Below, one piece after another: positions 17,426-28,500 of a stretch of 64,000 nt of DNA. The translations under genes and the position numbers were made by a program. Positions within the stretch are counted from its first letter, which is position 1. Each line of letters opens with the position of its first letter. Source of the DNA: Candidatus Babelota bacterium. GTDB taxonomy: Bacteria; Babelota; Babeliae; Babelales; Vermiphilaceae. The notes beneath the pieces were generated by a model. It was given only the letters and a program-made list of their open reading frames with translations, ran no database searches and was not told the DNA's origin. The stretch covers positions 105,957 through 169,956 of the forward strand of contig RXKB01000001.1 of assembly GCA_003963225.1 (NCBI GenBank). The letters run 5' to 3'.

Positions 17426-19162
17426 ATGCTCCTCGATCTAGCCAACGCACAAAGTGGTCCAATGGGTTTCTTCCCCGGTGGAGGCATGCCCAAAGGTGAA
17501 AGATACGTCAATCCCTTCTACGGTGTTGCACACAAGTATCTTCCTTACACCAATATCGACCACATGTTGTGGTGGGCCAACCACTTTCTTCTTCGCTTTG
17601 GTTTCTACCGCGCAGCCCTCTTCCGTATTTCCAATTACTTCATCACCTCGCTGAATATCGAATGTGAAGACTCAGGAGCCAAGAAGAAATATGAAGAAGC
17701 CTTCGATGACATGCAGTGGAAACAAGTCCTTGCAATGTCAGGACTCAACCTCCTCGCCTACAGCAACCTCTTCGTCTCCATCAACCAAGGATTCGATCGA
17801 TTCCTCTCCTGCCCAAAGTGCTCCAAGGTTACAAACATCGACAAGGCTCCTGGTTACAAGTTCAGCGAAAAGGCTGAATACCTTTACAAGTGCCCTCACT
17901 GCAAGACTGAGTACAAGCACGCCATCATCGACAAGCCCTCCAAAGACCTCGACAAGGTCACGGTCACGTTCTGGCCACCACGCGAAATCATCACACGATA
18001 CGAAGAGACGACCGGCGAATCGGAATATTATTGGCGTATCCCGGAAGACTACAAGAAGAAGGTTCTGAAGAAAGACAACCGTTTCTTCAGCAAAAAGACT
18101 CCTCGTGTGGTTTACGATTCTATCCTGCAGGATCGCCTTCTTGCTTTTAATCCCAAGAATTTCATTCACGTCAAGATGCCTACGCCTGTTGGCATCAAGA
18201 CAGACGGCAAGTCCATCCCCCTGTGTATGTACTTGTTTGACGATTTCTTCATGTTGAAGGTGTTGCAACGCTTCAACGAAGCTATTTGCTTTGAAGACAT
18301 CGTACCATTTCGTGTGATCGCAATGGGTCAGGAAGGCAACTCGCAAGCCAACCCGATCCTGCATCAGTCGGCGCCTCAATGGCGAGGTGCAGTGGAGCGC
18401 ATGATTGAAGAACATCGCCGTGACCCTGGTGCCTATCACACTTTCCCTTTCCCTCTGGACTACAAGCAGCTTGGCGGAGAAGGCAAGACACTCGCTCCAG
18501 TTGAAATGATCAACGCGGCTGTCGCCAACATCCTCAATGCCTTCAATATCCCACAGGAACTCTACACCATGACGCTGCAGGTGCAGGCCCTCGGTCCTGC
18601 CCTTCGTCTATTTGAGAATTCCTGGTCGGTGCTTGTGGATACCTACAACCATATCCTCGATCATTGGGGGAGCGTGGTTGGAAAAATCCGTGGGCTGCCG
18701 AAGGCCAAGATCGGTCTTACCCCTGTCACCATTAGCGACGACATCGAGCGTAAGTCCATCATCGGCCAGTTGGTCAGCGCCAACGCCATCGCCCGTAGCG
18801 AGCTGCTCAATATGTACGGCTTCGATTATCGTGAGCAGGTGCGTAAGAAGATCCAGGAAGACCGCGATGCCAAGGAGCTTCAGGAAGAAGAACAGGCAAA
18901 GGATCAGCTCCGCCAGATGGCCGAGCAAGGCGGCAATGGTCAGCAGCAGGCCGTGTCTCCGCAAGACGTGCTGCAGCAGGCCCAACAAATCGCCCAGGAG
19001 CTGTTCCCAATGGACGCTGCTGGTCGTCGTCAGAAGCTTCAAGAGATCAAGCAGACCGACGCCACGCTCTACAGCGCCGTAAAACAGGCCTTGGAAGAGC
19101 TGACATCACAGGCACGCTCACAAGGCGCCTCGCAAGCACAACAGCAGCCAGCTCCGGCTTAA
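17426..19162 (+). CDS. putative portal protein
   Basis: 578 aa, with a Q/E-rich helical C-terminal tail and a position at the head of the fibre module. No motif-level proof. Confidence 0.55.
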   Translation: MLLDLANAQSGPMGFFPGGGMPKGERYVNPFYGVAHKYLPYTNIDHMLWWANHFLLRFGFYRAALFRISNYFITSLNIECEDSGAKKKYEEAFDDMQWKQVLAMSGLNLLAYSNLFVSINQGFDRFLSCPKCSKVTNIDKAPGYKFSEKAEYLYKCPHCKTEYKHAIIDKPSKDLDKVTVTFWPPREIITRYEETTGESEYYWRIPEDYKKKVLKKDNRFFSKKTPRVVYDSILQDRLLAFNPKNFIHVKMPTPVGIKTDGKSIPLCMYLFDDFFMLKVLQRFNEAICFEDIVPFRVIAMGQEGNSQANPILHQSAPQWRGAVERMIEEHRRDPGAYHTFPFPLDYKQLGGEGKTLAPVEMINAAVANILNAFNIPQELYTMTLQVQALGPALRLFENSWSVLVDTYNHILDHWGSVVGKIRGLPKAKIGLTPVTISDDIERKSIIGQLVSANAIARSELLNMYGFDYREQVRKKIQEDRDAKELQEEEQAKDQLRQMAEQGGNGQQQAVSPQDVLQQAQQIAQELFPMDAAGRRQKLQEIKQTDATLYSAVKQALEELTSQARSQGASQAQQQPAPA

Positions 19163-19165
19163 TAC

Positions 19166-19531
19166 ATGAAAACCGCCATTCGTACGAAGTCCTCTTCGCA
19201 AGCAAAGTCCGTGCGCACGGTTTCGGCCCAGGATATTCTTGGGTCGAACCGTGGCTTAGCCCGGCCACAATTTCCAGATCGTCCTGGTCCACGCGTTTGC
19301 TACGTGTGCCTCTCCAAGCTCTCAGCACAACGCATCGAGGCGCTTAAGGGGCTAGGCACTCCCATCGACAGTTGGATGTGTGTGAAATGCTCTTCCTCTG
19401 TTACTTCTCCAAGGTTGGGCATTTACATGGGAGAAGTAGGGACCAGTGAACTCAAGATAGTCGACAAGATTTACGATGACTCCGTTCGTGACATTTTCAT
19501 GGAAGGCGGAGATGATGAAGAGAAGGAGTAA
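19166..19531 (+). CDS. DksA/TraR-type C4 zinc-finger protein
   Basis: CYVC ... (21 aa) ... CVKC with the R-I-E-A-L spacer typical of TraR/DksA fingers, plus an acidic tail. Confidence 0.55.
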   Translation: MKTAIRTKSSSQAKSVRTVSAQDILGSNRGLARPQFPDRPGPRVCYVCLSKLSAQRIEALKGLGTPIDSWMCVKCSSSVTSPRLGIYMGEVGTSELKIVDKIYDDSVRDIFMEGGDDEEKE

Positions 19532-19536
19532 ATAAC

Positions 19537-21264
19537 ATGACCAAATCGACCCCGCTCGCAAAAATTCTTTCCCGCCTTCATTTGCGCGGAACGATCCTGA
19601 CGTCAGATAGCCCTGGCGTCGGTGAAACTTCCAAGTATGAGGGGTTTGCTCCATTGATTGGTCCCAACGGCAAGCTTGACCCGAGCGTGATCGGTGTGGG
19701 TAGTGTGGAAGTTGGCGCCGTGCAAGCTGAGCAGGTAACGTTCATTGATGCCCTGGATGGTGATCCTACCGCCGCAAACGTACGTATAGCGCTGAATAAC
19801 ATCACCAAGGATAATGGTCTGGCGTTGCTCCGTGCCAAAAATCTGGCTGACGTAGCTGACTCGGTAGCCGCGTTCAACATTCTCAAGAAGAACTCCACTG
19901 TTGCGTCTTCAGGCAGTGTAACCGCAGGTGTTGTTGGTATTGCAAGCCAGACGGAAGTAGAAGCTGGTACGGATACTGCCACAGAAATCTCTCTTACCAC
20001 TTCTCTTTTGGCTGTAAGCCCATCAACGGCAAAGGCCACGTATTTGAGCAAGATCGTAACGAGCGCTCAAACGATCAACAGTCAGATTGTTCTTCCAGGA
20101 AATCCAACAGCTAATCTCCAGGCCGCCACAAAGCAATATGTTGACGCTCAAGTTGCTGCGGCTCAGTCTTTTCCAACTGCCAATACCATCTGGGTTGATG
20201 CAGTGAATGGCAGTGACGCAACCGGTGAGCGTGGAAAAATGGCTAAGCCTGTCTTGACGCTTTCCTACGCCAAATCCATTGCTCTAGCCGGTGATCTTAT
20301 CTACGTACGCCCAGGCACCTACAACGAGAATGACCTCGCCAAGCACAATGTGACGTGGTGGTTCGAGGCGGGGGCCAAGGTGTATTACACAAGCGGAGGG
20401 GACTCAACTGTTGCCGTATTCAATGTGGCAACGAATGAAATCTGCAATGTGTTTGGAGAGGGTGAGTTCTACAACATGCATGGCAGCTCCAACTCCAGAT
20501 ATGTTCTGTACGTGCGCAATGGCTCCAAGTGCGTGTTCAAGGGCAAGCTAGTGCAGTCAGCCCGTTCAGCCATTTACGTGGACGCGAGCAGCACTGGATA
20601 TGCAACCATTATTCTCAGCGACTCCCTGCGCAGCGATGATTTGGCGGGTTCAGGTTCTTGCGCGGCGCGCCTTGTGAGCGGTGAAGTATCCTTGATTGTG
20701 GGTCGTGAGATCTATTCCAACGCCTCGCAATTCCAAGCAGGACTGGAATTTGGCACAGGCTCTGGTTCAGCCGGCGTCGGAACACAAATTGTTCAGTGTC
20801 CGAAGATTCACGGCAAGCACAACGCCATCCATTTTGCCAACACGGTACGTTCACACGTCGTCACCCAAATCTGCACGGCCACCGATGGCCCGGCAGTAAA
20901 GGTGGACGGCGGTGCGGCCAACGTAATCGAAGGTACCAGCGACCTGCACACCGATACTGGCAGTTATCCGGCGGTGATCATGACCAAGGGTCGTTTGTCG
21001 CTGGTCAACGTGGTTCTATACAACGCAAATGGCCAGGCTGGTGTGTATATGAACGGTACTCCATATGACCCAACGGCTCCGTATCTGGTTCTGAAAAACT
21101 CAGAGATCTGGTCGGCAGGTTCAATTTCAACTGCCATCTCGGCGAGCAGCTCTGGTTATTTCACCGTACGAATCGTAGGATCCGCTCAATCTGATTGTGT
21201 GGAACCTACAGCTGTTATCCGTGTTGGTGGTGCCTGGGACTATGTACCCGCCGGCGACGCCTAA
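19537..21264 (+). CDS. tailspike/fibre with a pectate-lyase-like beta-helix
   Basis: A-TKQYVD fibre motif, then WVDAVNGSDATG ... GDLIYVRPGTY, typical of right-handed beta-helix depolymerases. Confidence 0.75.
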   Translation: MTKSTPLAKILSRLHLRGTILTSDSPGVGETSKYEGFAPLIGPNGKLDPSVIGVGSVEVGAVQAEQVTFIDALDGDPTAANVRIALNNITKDNGLALLRAKNLADVADSVAAFNILKKNSTVASSGSVTAGVVGIASQTEVEAGTDTATEISLTTSLLAVSPSTAKATYLSKIVTSAQTINSQIVLPGNPTANLQAATKQYVDAQVAAAQSFPTANTIWVDAVNGSDATGERGKMAKPVLTLSYAKSIALAGDLIYVRPGTYNENDLAKHNVTWWFEAGAKVYYTSGGDSTVAVFNVATNEICNVFGEGEFYNMHGSSNSRYVLYVRNGSKCVFKGKLVQSARSAIYVDASSTGYATIILSDSLRSDDLAGSGSCAARLVSGEVSLIVGREIYSNASQFQAGLEFGTGSGSAGVGTQIVQCPKIHGKHNAIHFANTVRSHVVTQICTATDGPAVKVDGGAANVIEGTSDLHTDTGSYPAVIMTKGRLSLVNVVLYNANGQAGVYMNGTPYDPTAPYLVLKNSEIWSAGSISTAISASSSGYFTVRIVGSAQSDCVEPTAVIRVGGAWDYVPAGDA

Positions 21265-21273
21265 TACTCGTGA

Positions 21274-21909
21274 ATGAGTGATCCAAAATCGACAGTAACA
21301 TCATATCCAGTTGTACTTCCGGCCGATCCGACAAAGGATCCACAAGCCACAACAAAGAGGTACACTGATGCGGGAGACCAGCAGAGAATCAACCGTGACG
21401 GTGATTCCATGTCTGGTCCCTTGGTGCTTGCTGGCGACCCGGTTGCTAACAACGAAGCGGCTACAAAGGCGTACGTAGATTCCCTTGGTCGCCCCACTGC
21501 GGCTCAAGTAGTCTCCAACCCTACTGGAGATATCGCCAGCACCAATGTACAAGCTGCCCTTGGTGAGCTGGCTGATGAAAAAGTTGCCCGAGCTGGCGAC
21601 GCAATGACAGGACCGTTAATCCTCGAATCGGAGACACCCTCCTTGAGCCTGCAAGCTGCGCCGAAAAGCTATGTGGACAAAATGGGCAGTTTAGAATACT
21701 CTTTTTTGGTAGGGGATTTTACATACAACGCAGGGCTGCAAATGTATGAGATCGCAATAAACCACGACCTGAACCGTCGTCCCAAGGTAACCTTGTACGA
21801 TGATTCAGGGATTGAATTCGCCGGCGACATTGCCTACAATACTATTGGAGTCAATGGTTTGGCTGTCCGGCTAAAGTTCCCGGTACAAATGAAGGTATTG
21901 TTGACCTAA
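21274..21909 (+). CDS. tail fibre protein (211 aa)
   Basis: Three copies of the x-A-T/P-K-x-Y-V/T-D fibre motif. Confidence 0.7.
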   Translation: MSDPKSTVTSYPVVLPADPTKDPQATTKRYTDAGDQQRINRDGDSMSGPLVLAGDPVANNEAATKAYVDSLGRPTAAQVVSNPTGDIASTNVQAALGELADEKVARAGDAMTGPLILESETPSLSLQAAPKSYVDKMGSLEYSFLVGDFTYNAGLQMYEIAINHDLNRRPKVTLYDDSGIEFAGDIAYNTIGVNGLAVRLKFPVQMKVLLT

Positions 21910-21933
21910 CCAAACCCAGTCTCACAAATTGCC

Positions 21934-24900
21934 ATGAAATTTCTTAGCGATCTCGACCTGAACAAGCTGTGCCGTTTGAAGAACGCGCTGCTCGATAACG
22001 CGACTTCTGCGCCGGCCACCTATTTCAGCATCGCTGACAATAGTGCCAACGACAACTCAAGCGGTCTGATTTGCCATTACGACGGCAACGTCTGGTTCTT
22101 CAGTAAGACCCTTGCTGGCAGCAACAACGGCGTATGGAAGCGTCTTTTCCGGTCAGACGAAAGTTCCACCTACAGCACTGCCAATCGTGTCGTTGTAACC
22201 AATGGCAGTAACCAGCCGATTGCCTCTCCAGATTGGGGCGTGAGCAGCAACAACCTCGACATGGGTGCTGGCGGGACAAACCGTCGTATCGTAAACCTGG
22301 CTGATCCAATCAACGACTACGATGCGGCCAACAAACGCTACGTAGACAGCGTCGCCATGGGTCTTCGCGATTTCAAAGACTCTGTTGTATTTGCTTCTAC
22401 TGCGGCAACTGGCGGTACATTCAGCGCAGTTCCGGCACAAGCCACCATCACTGGTGCTTCGATTTCCAGCTTTGATAACCCTGGTGTAACGGTTACGGTC
22501 GGTATGCGTGTTCTTGTTAAAGACCAAGCAACCATCGACAAAGAACAGAATGGTATTTACGAGGTTACTGCAGTTAACGCTTACACCTACGATCTGCGTC
22601 GTACGCTTGACGCAAATGTGACTGGTGAATTGAGTGATGGTACGATTGTCTTTGTTGAAAAAGGTACTGCTTGGGATAAAAGTACCTGGGTTATCACGGA
22701 CTCTGGTACAACACCAGTTCTCAATACTGACGACATCAACTGGGTGCTGTTCTCGCAGGTAGCAGGTATCGTGGCTGGTGCAGGTTTGACGATGACTGGC
22801 TCGACGATTGATGTCAACCCAGATAACGTTCTCGTTCAAATTATCAGCGATCAGGTCACCCTCAAAGGCCCGACAGGCGGCACGAACCACAGGGTACTGA
22901 TTAACGCCACCGGTGGCGCGGCAGCTGTTCCCACATGGGGGCAGATTAACTTGGACACAACCACCGAGCAGTACGTCACTGGTATCACGCAAGTAGCAAA
23001 CGGTGGTACTGGACGAAACACGTTGACTGCCAACAACTTGTTGCTCGGTAACGGTACTTCTCAAGTTAGCTTCGTTGCACCATCCGCAAACAGCGTTCTA
23101 TGGTCCAACGCTGGCACTCCGAGCTTTACCAGCCAGCCGACACTTGGCACTGGTATCATCACGAAGGGCCAAGTCGCTGTTCGTATCGACCCCTTTAACA
23201 CCGCGGCTGGTAACACCGGTGAATTGCAGTTCCTTGAACTCGCCACAAACGGTGTTCACTACGTAGGCTTCAAAGCGCCAAATTCGATCGCAACAAACAG
23301 GGTTTGGGTTCTTCCTGCCGCAGACGGCAGCTCCAACCATTTCATGCGAACGGACGGTGCCGGTAACTTGTCTTTCGCTCAGGTGACAGCGTCGATGATC
23401 GGCTCAGGAGCTGCATTGACGAAAGTTGACGACACCAACGTCACACTTACTCTTGGTGGTACTCCAACAACGGCATTACTCGCGGCTACTTCAATTACGG
23501 TGGGTTGGTCTGGTCTGCTTTCAGTTGCTCGCGGTGGTACAGGTATTGGCACGGTCACACAGTACGCTGTCGCCATTGGCGGTGCTACAACTCATGGCTG
23601 GACAAACGTCGGCTCAGCAGGGCAAATTCTTATCGCGCAAAGCGCCGCTAATCCTGCTTTTACTTCAGTAACTGGCGATGTGACAATTACTGCCGCCGGT
23701 GTAACTGCCGTTGGTGCCAATAAAATCACCAACGCGATGTTCCGTCAATCCGTGGCGCTTTCAGTGGTTGGTAATGCAACCAATGCAACAGCAAACGTCG
23801 CAGACATCGCTGCCGGTGCAGACTTTCAGATTCTACGTCGCTCAGGTACGGCAATCGGCTTCGGTTCAATTGATTTGAGCCAATCTGGTGCGGTAGGTAC
23901 GAGTATCCTTTCCGTGGCAAACGGCGGTACGGGTGTCGCAACCTTGACCAGCAACGGTGTGCTGTACGGTAATGCGACCGGCGTTGTTCAGGTAACCCCG
24001 CAAGGCGGTGCGTACACCGTGCTTGTTGCAAATGGTGGCGCTCCATCTTTCTCAGGTCAACCAACCCTGGCAACTGGTATTATCACCAAAGGCCGGAACG
24101 CTGTTCAAATCGACCCGTTCAATACCCCAGTAGGCAGCACCGGTGAACTTCGCTTTATGGAGTTGGTCGCCAACGGATCTGCTTACGTAGGCTTCAAGGC
24201 TCCAGACGCAATTACTTCTTCAAGGATCTGGGTTCTTCCTGCCGCAGACGGAAGTGCGAACCATTTCCTCAAGACCGACGGTGCCGGCAATCTTGGCTTT
24301 GCTCAAGTCACGGCCGCCATGATCGGTTCTGGTGCAGCGCTGACCAAGACGGACGACACGAACGTGACGTTGACGCTTGGTGGCACACCAGCCTCTGCGC
24401 TGCTCACTGCTGCCTCGATCACTGTTGGCTGGACAGGCACACTCGCCGTAGGTCGTGGTGGTACAGGCTCCAACAGTATCACGCAATATGCTGTCGCTAT
24501 CGGTGGCTCCGGTGGATACACCTTCACCAACGTCGGTACGGCCGGTCAATTACTGATTGGCCAAGGTGCGTCATCAAACCCTGCCTTTACAACTGTTAGC
24601 GGCGACATCACAATCAACGGCTCTGGTGTAACAACAGTCAATCCGGCGGCTTCGCTTACGTTCAAGAAGCTGACGCTGACCTATGGCACGAACTCTGGTG
24701 CAAGTGATCCCGTATTCAGTGCTACACAGACCTGGAACAATGCAGCAACAACCTTCACAGGTGTAAGCTGGGCATTTACCACCACAGCTTCTCAATCAGC
24801 GAGCTTGTTGTTTAACCTGCTCTCTGGTGCATCTCCAGCGACAGTATTCTCCATTCGCCAAGACGGTTACACCAGTATTTCGTCTGGCCTGACTGTTCCG

Positions 24901-25431
24901 CTAATTCGTATCAGCTCCGGTACATCCAACGGCATCATTGACGTCACGAACGGTGGACCACTTATCACCTTTACCGGTGTTGCTTCGGCCGTTAACTACC
25001 TGACAGTAGTCAACGCCGTGTCTGGCAGCCCACTGCAATTGAATGTTGGCACCTCCTCAGCCAACAACGCCAACTTGCAGTTCTATCCTTCTCTTACTGG
25101 TTCTGTCCCATCTGCTTGGGGTGCAGTGGTTTGGAAGGATAATGCGGCTTCCAGCAGCACACTTCGCATGACCCGTGCCTGGTCAATGAACCTCACCACT
25201 GGTCAAGTTGATCGTGCTAACGCCTCGGTGACCGTAGGTGCCCTTACCTCCTTCACCATTTCGCATGAATTTGGTACTGCGAATATCCAAGTCATCTTCA
25301 ACGAAATATCGACTGGTGCGATGGTTATGACTGACTGGGTACGCACCCCAGGTCAGGAAACGCGACAGATCACCGTTTCATTCAAGACGGCTCCGGCAAG
25401 CGGTGTATATTGTTTGACTGTCATCGGTTAA
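21934..25431 (+). CDS. tail fibre protein (1165 aa)
   Basis: AANKRYVD motif, Gly/Thr/Ala/Asn-rich beta-type sequence and an internal duplication of about 240 aa. Confidence 0.8.
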   Translation: MKFLSDLDLNKLCRLKNALLDNATSAPATYFSIADNSANDNSSGLICHYDGNVWFFSKTLAGSNNGVWKRLFRSDESSTYSTANRVVVTNGSNQPIASPDWGVSSNNLDMGAGGTNRRIVNLADPINDYDAANKRYVDSVAMGLRDFKDSVVFASTAATGGTFSAVPAQATITGASISSFDNPGVTVTVGMRVLVKDQATIDKEQNGIYEVTAVNAYTYDLRRTLDANVTGELSDGTIVFVEKGTAWDKSTWVITDSGTTPVLNTDDINWVLFSQVAGIVAGAGLTMTGSTIDVNPDNVLVQIISDQVTLKGPTGGTNHRVLINATGGAAAVPTWGQINLDTTTEQYVTGITQVANGGTGRNTLTANNLLLGNGTSQVSFVAPSANSVLWSNAGTPSFTSQPTLGTGIITKGQVAVRIDPFNTAAGNTGELQFLELATNGVHYVGFKAPNSIATNRVWVLPAADGSSNHFMRTDGAGNLSFAQVTASMIGSGAALTKVDDTNVTLTLGGTPTTALLAATSITVGWSGLLSVARGGTGIGTVTQYAVAIGGATTHGWTNVGSAGQILIAQSAANPAFTSVTGDVTITAAGVTAVGANKITNAMFRQSVALSVVGNATNATANVADIAAGADFQILRRSGTAIGFGSIDLSQSGAVGTSILSVANGGTGVATLTSNGVLYGNATGVVQVTPQGGAYTVLVANGGAPSFSGQPTLATGIITKGRNAVQIDPFNTPVGSTGELRFMELVANGSAYVGFKAPDAITSSRIWVLPAADGSANHFLKTDGAGNLGFAQVTAAMIGSGAALTKTDDTNVTLTLGGTPASALLTAASITVGWTGTLAVGRGGTGSNSITQYAVAIGGSGGYTFTNVGTAGQLLIGQGASSNPAFTTVSGDITINGSGVTTVNPAASLTFKKLTLTYGTNSGASDPVFSATQTWNNAATTFTGVSWAFTTTASQSASLLFNLLSGASPATVFSIRQDGYTSISSGLTVPLIRISSGTSNGIIDVTNGGPLITFTGVASAVNYLTVVNAVSGSPLQLNVGTSSANNANLQFYPSLTGSVPSAWGAVVWKDNAASSSTLRMTRAWSMNLTTGQVDRANASVTVGALTSFTISHEFGTANIQVIFNEISTGAMVMTDWVRTPGQETRQITVSFKTAPASGVYCLTVIG
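22993..23709 (+). repeat. intragenic duplication, copy 1 (about 240 aa)
   Basis: VANGGTGRNTLT ... PSFTSQPTLGTGIITKG ... YAVAIGG ... NPAFTSVTGDVTI parallels 23914..24636. Confidence 0.85.
23914..24636 (+). repeat. intragenic duplication, copy 2
   Basis: VANGGTGVATLT ... PSFSGQPTLATGIITKG ... YAVAIGG ... NPAFTTVSGDITI. Confidence 0.85.
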
Positions 25432-25463
25432 AGCTCTACAAAGAGTCTGGTCAACCTCAAATA

Positions 25464-25512
25464 CCCCGTCTATAATGGTTGCAATCGACCATAAGACGGG
25501 GTATATTCTTTT
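25464..25512 (+). terminator. hairpin plus T-tract between the two large fibre genes
   Basis: ccccgtct..atggt / accat..agacgggg stem, followed by tatattctttt. Confidence 0.5.
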
Positions 25513-25515
25513 GCC

Positions 25516-28500
25516 ATGAATTTCCTGAACGACATTTCGGTCAGCAACAACATCACTGCAACTGGGACGATCCAGTCAGCCAACCTCACATTGACCGGAC
25601 TTTCGACTGGCGCCTACACATCGGTGCTAGTGGAAAACGCTGGTATTGTCTACAAGACAAACCTCTCCGCCTCGCTCACCGTATCCAACGACACGACGAG
25701 CAACTCAGTGGTTTACCCGTTGTGGAGCGCTGCGACTAGCGGTTCTCTTGCCGCCAAGGTGTCCAGCACCAAACTGTCGTTCAACCCTGCTGCGGCCAGC
25801 CTAGCGATCGATCTGACGGCACCGACAAGCTCCGTAGTAAGTTCATATGAATTGGCGCCGGCTCTTGCGGTTGGTAATTTGAACGGTGCCAACGGAAGAT
25901 GGAGCTATGTGGCAGGGTTGATCACAGGCATTCCGACGCACGCTACGTTGCATGAGACTGATGGGCACTCGGGAAACTTCTTGACGCACTGGACAAGCCG
26001 AAGCGGTACGTTGACGGTCACTTCTACAAACGCCGGTGTAACGGTTACCAGCCCAAACGCGGTACACACAGAATATGTTGATCTTGGCTCGAACGACCTG
26101 CCAGACCACGCTCCACAATTCAGCCAAGTCAATTCAAATGGTGTCTATTCTGGTGTTGTCGTGACATTCGCTTTTGACACTGGATTAAATGGTGTCAATT
26201 ACCAAAAGCTGCACACAAGAGCGACAGATTATGAAACATATCGTCCTGTGGTGGGGTGGAAAGCGCTCAATATTGGTTACCCCACAAACATCAAGGTAAC
26301 TGTCACATGTTCTTCGGACGGAACAGCTACCACTTCAACCGTCTACACCGACAACGTTATTTTCAACGGTGCCCCGGTGTTTTACGGAGAGCGTTGGGTA
26401 GGGCCTGCAGCCCCGTGCGGTGGTTCATCAAATAACTGGATCCGCCGTGTCAGCTTCGAGTTCACACTACCAAATACCACGAACTCCGTCGACCAGGCAC
26501 GAATTCTCTACCTTGGTCTGCTCACTAACCACCCTACGTCCCTGGATACTCCGGGGCTAGCTTGCCGTAATCGTTGGTGCGCCAGCCAAAACTTCAAGGA
26601 TCTCGCCGCGCTACGATGGGAGTCAACAGGGTCAGCCGGTCCGTGGACCGCGAAAGACCACATCTGGGGACAAGGCGGTAATTTACATATACGCGCACCT
26701 CATACCTCCGGGCGCGTGATCCTAGGTTGGGACAAGGCCGGCACAAGCACGGCAGTTGTCGCAGGCGTCTACGAGTCTTCGGTCCACAAGCTTCGACCTG
26801 AAAGTCTGACCGAAAATGTCCAACTAGGAGATACTAGCTACCTTTGGAATGGTGTTTTTACAAAAAACCGATTTACCTCAATTATCCCAACTGCCACTGA
26901 CTTTCATTTTGTTGGGTCAGTGACCGGAGATTCGTTTGCTCGGAGTACTATTGACTTCAGTGGCAAAATCGAATGGGGACCAGGTAATGGCGCCAGAGAC
27001 ACAAACCTCTATCGATCTTCTGCAAATCTACTGAAGACCGACGACAATTTTGAGGCGGTTGGTTACGGTAAGTTTGAAGGTGTGTCAATCAGCAATACTG
27101 CCAGCCTGAGCAATACGTACGGTGTTCGCGTCGATACTTCAGGAGCAGGCAGCTATTCACGAGCCTTCAGGCTTGCAAACCTCAATACAACGTATTCCTC
27201 AGCAGGCTTTGGTGCCTACGGCACAGGTAACACGCTGAACTACGCGTTCATCTATGCGTTGTCCGCTGAAGCAGCGGCTACGCCAGCGGCGGATTACACC
27301 TCTGCACAGTTCCAGTTTTACCCAAACGGAAGACTCACACTTCCTACAAACTCTGCGAGCGCAGGCCTCCAGATTGGTTCAGATGTCGTACTCTACAGAA
27401 GTGTGGCATATCAGGCGGTTTTTACCAATGACTTAGCTGTGATAGTTGGTGCATCAGGTACAAACAACTATGCGCTGAATGTAACAAAATCTTGGACGGC
27501 TAATCGCGCTGGTGAAAAATCAGCGATCAACGCGGCTCCTTCGTATCAATTTGCGAGCCCTACGAGCGGAGATATTCAGCAATGTGTCCGGGCTAATGGT
27601 GCATGGAGCTTCACGTCGGCGAGTTCAACCATCGCGTACGGCGTGTTGTCGTATTTGAACTTCTCAGGAAGTGGTGGGCAAACGTCAGTCCGTGGCTTCT
27701 ACTCAAGCGGCATCATTGGAGCCGGATTTACGGTTCCAATCTTCAGCCACTACGTTGTTCAAGCTGTTTCCAACTCAGGTACGTTGACAGACCATCGAGG
27801 ACTGGATATCGCTGATTTGAGTGGCGGAACCGTTTACGGCATAAAGCTGGCCGTCACCTCAGGTGCAAACAAGTACAGCATCTACACCGGTACAGCTGAA
27901 ACGTACCTCGGTGGAAAGACAACCATCGAAGGTGTGGCAAATACCTCGTTGGTACTGAAGAACTCTTCGTCCTCTCCGTGGGCGCTTCAGATCACACGTA
28001 CAGACTTGGCAAACACGATCAGCCTGTTCAACTCGTCTGGTGTGTGGTACTTCAACGAGAACGTCAGTGCGCCTGTGCTGGTTTCCCGTATTGCAACTGG
28101 TACTGCACCGTTGACGGTGGCTTCGACCACGCTTGTCACGAATCTAAATGCTGATTTGTTGGACGGACAACACGGTTCCTATTACACGACGTTTACTAGC
28201 AATTACGTTCAATCGCGCCTGGAGAATCTAATCACAAACGGTAGTGGGTTGTTAGGAAACAACACCAACTTCACCGGTTGGACCTATGACCAGATTGAGA
28301 CACATGGCGGGCTCGGAAGCTTCAAGTACACTGGTACAGCTACTAGATACAGTGATGAGTACGTGCCTGTTGACCCAGAAAAGTATTACAAGCTCGTCGT
28401 GTGGGCTAAGGCCGGCGACACTGGTGGAACAGGGTATGACGTAAATAACCGTCAATACGCTGGTGTTGTAGTGTACGATATTGACTACAATGTCATCTTG

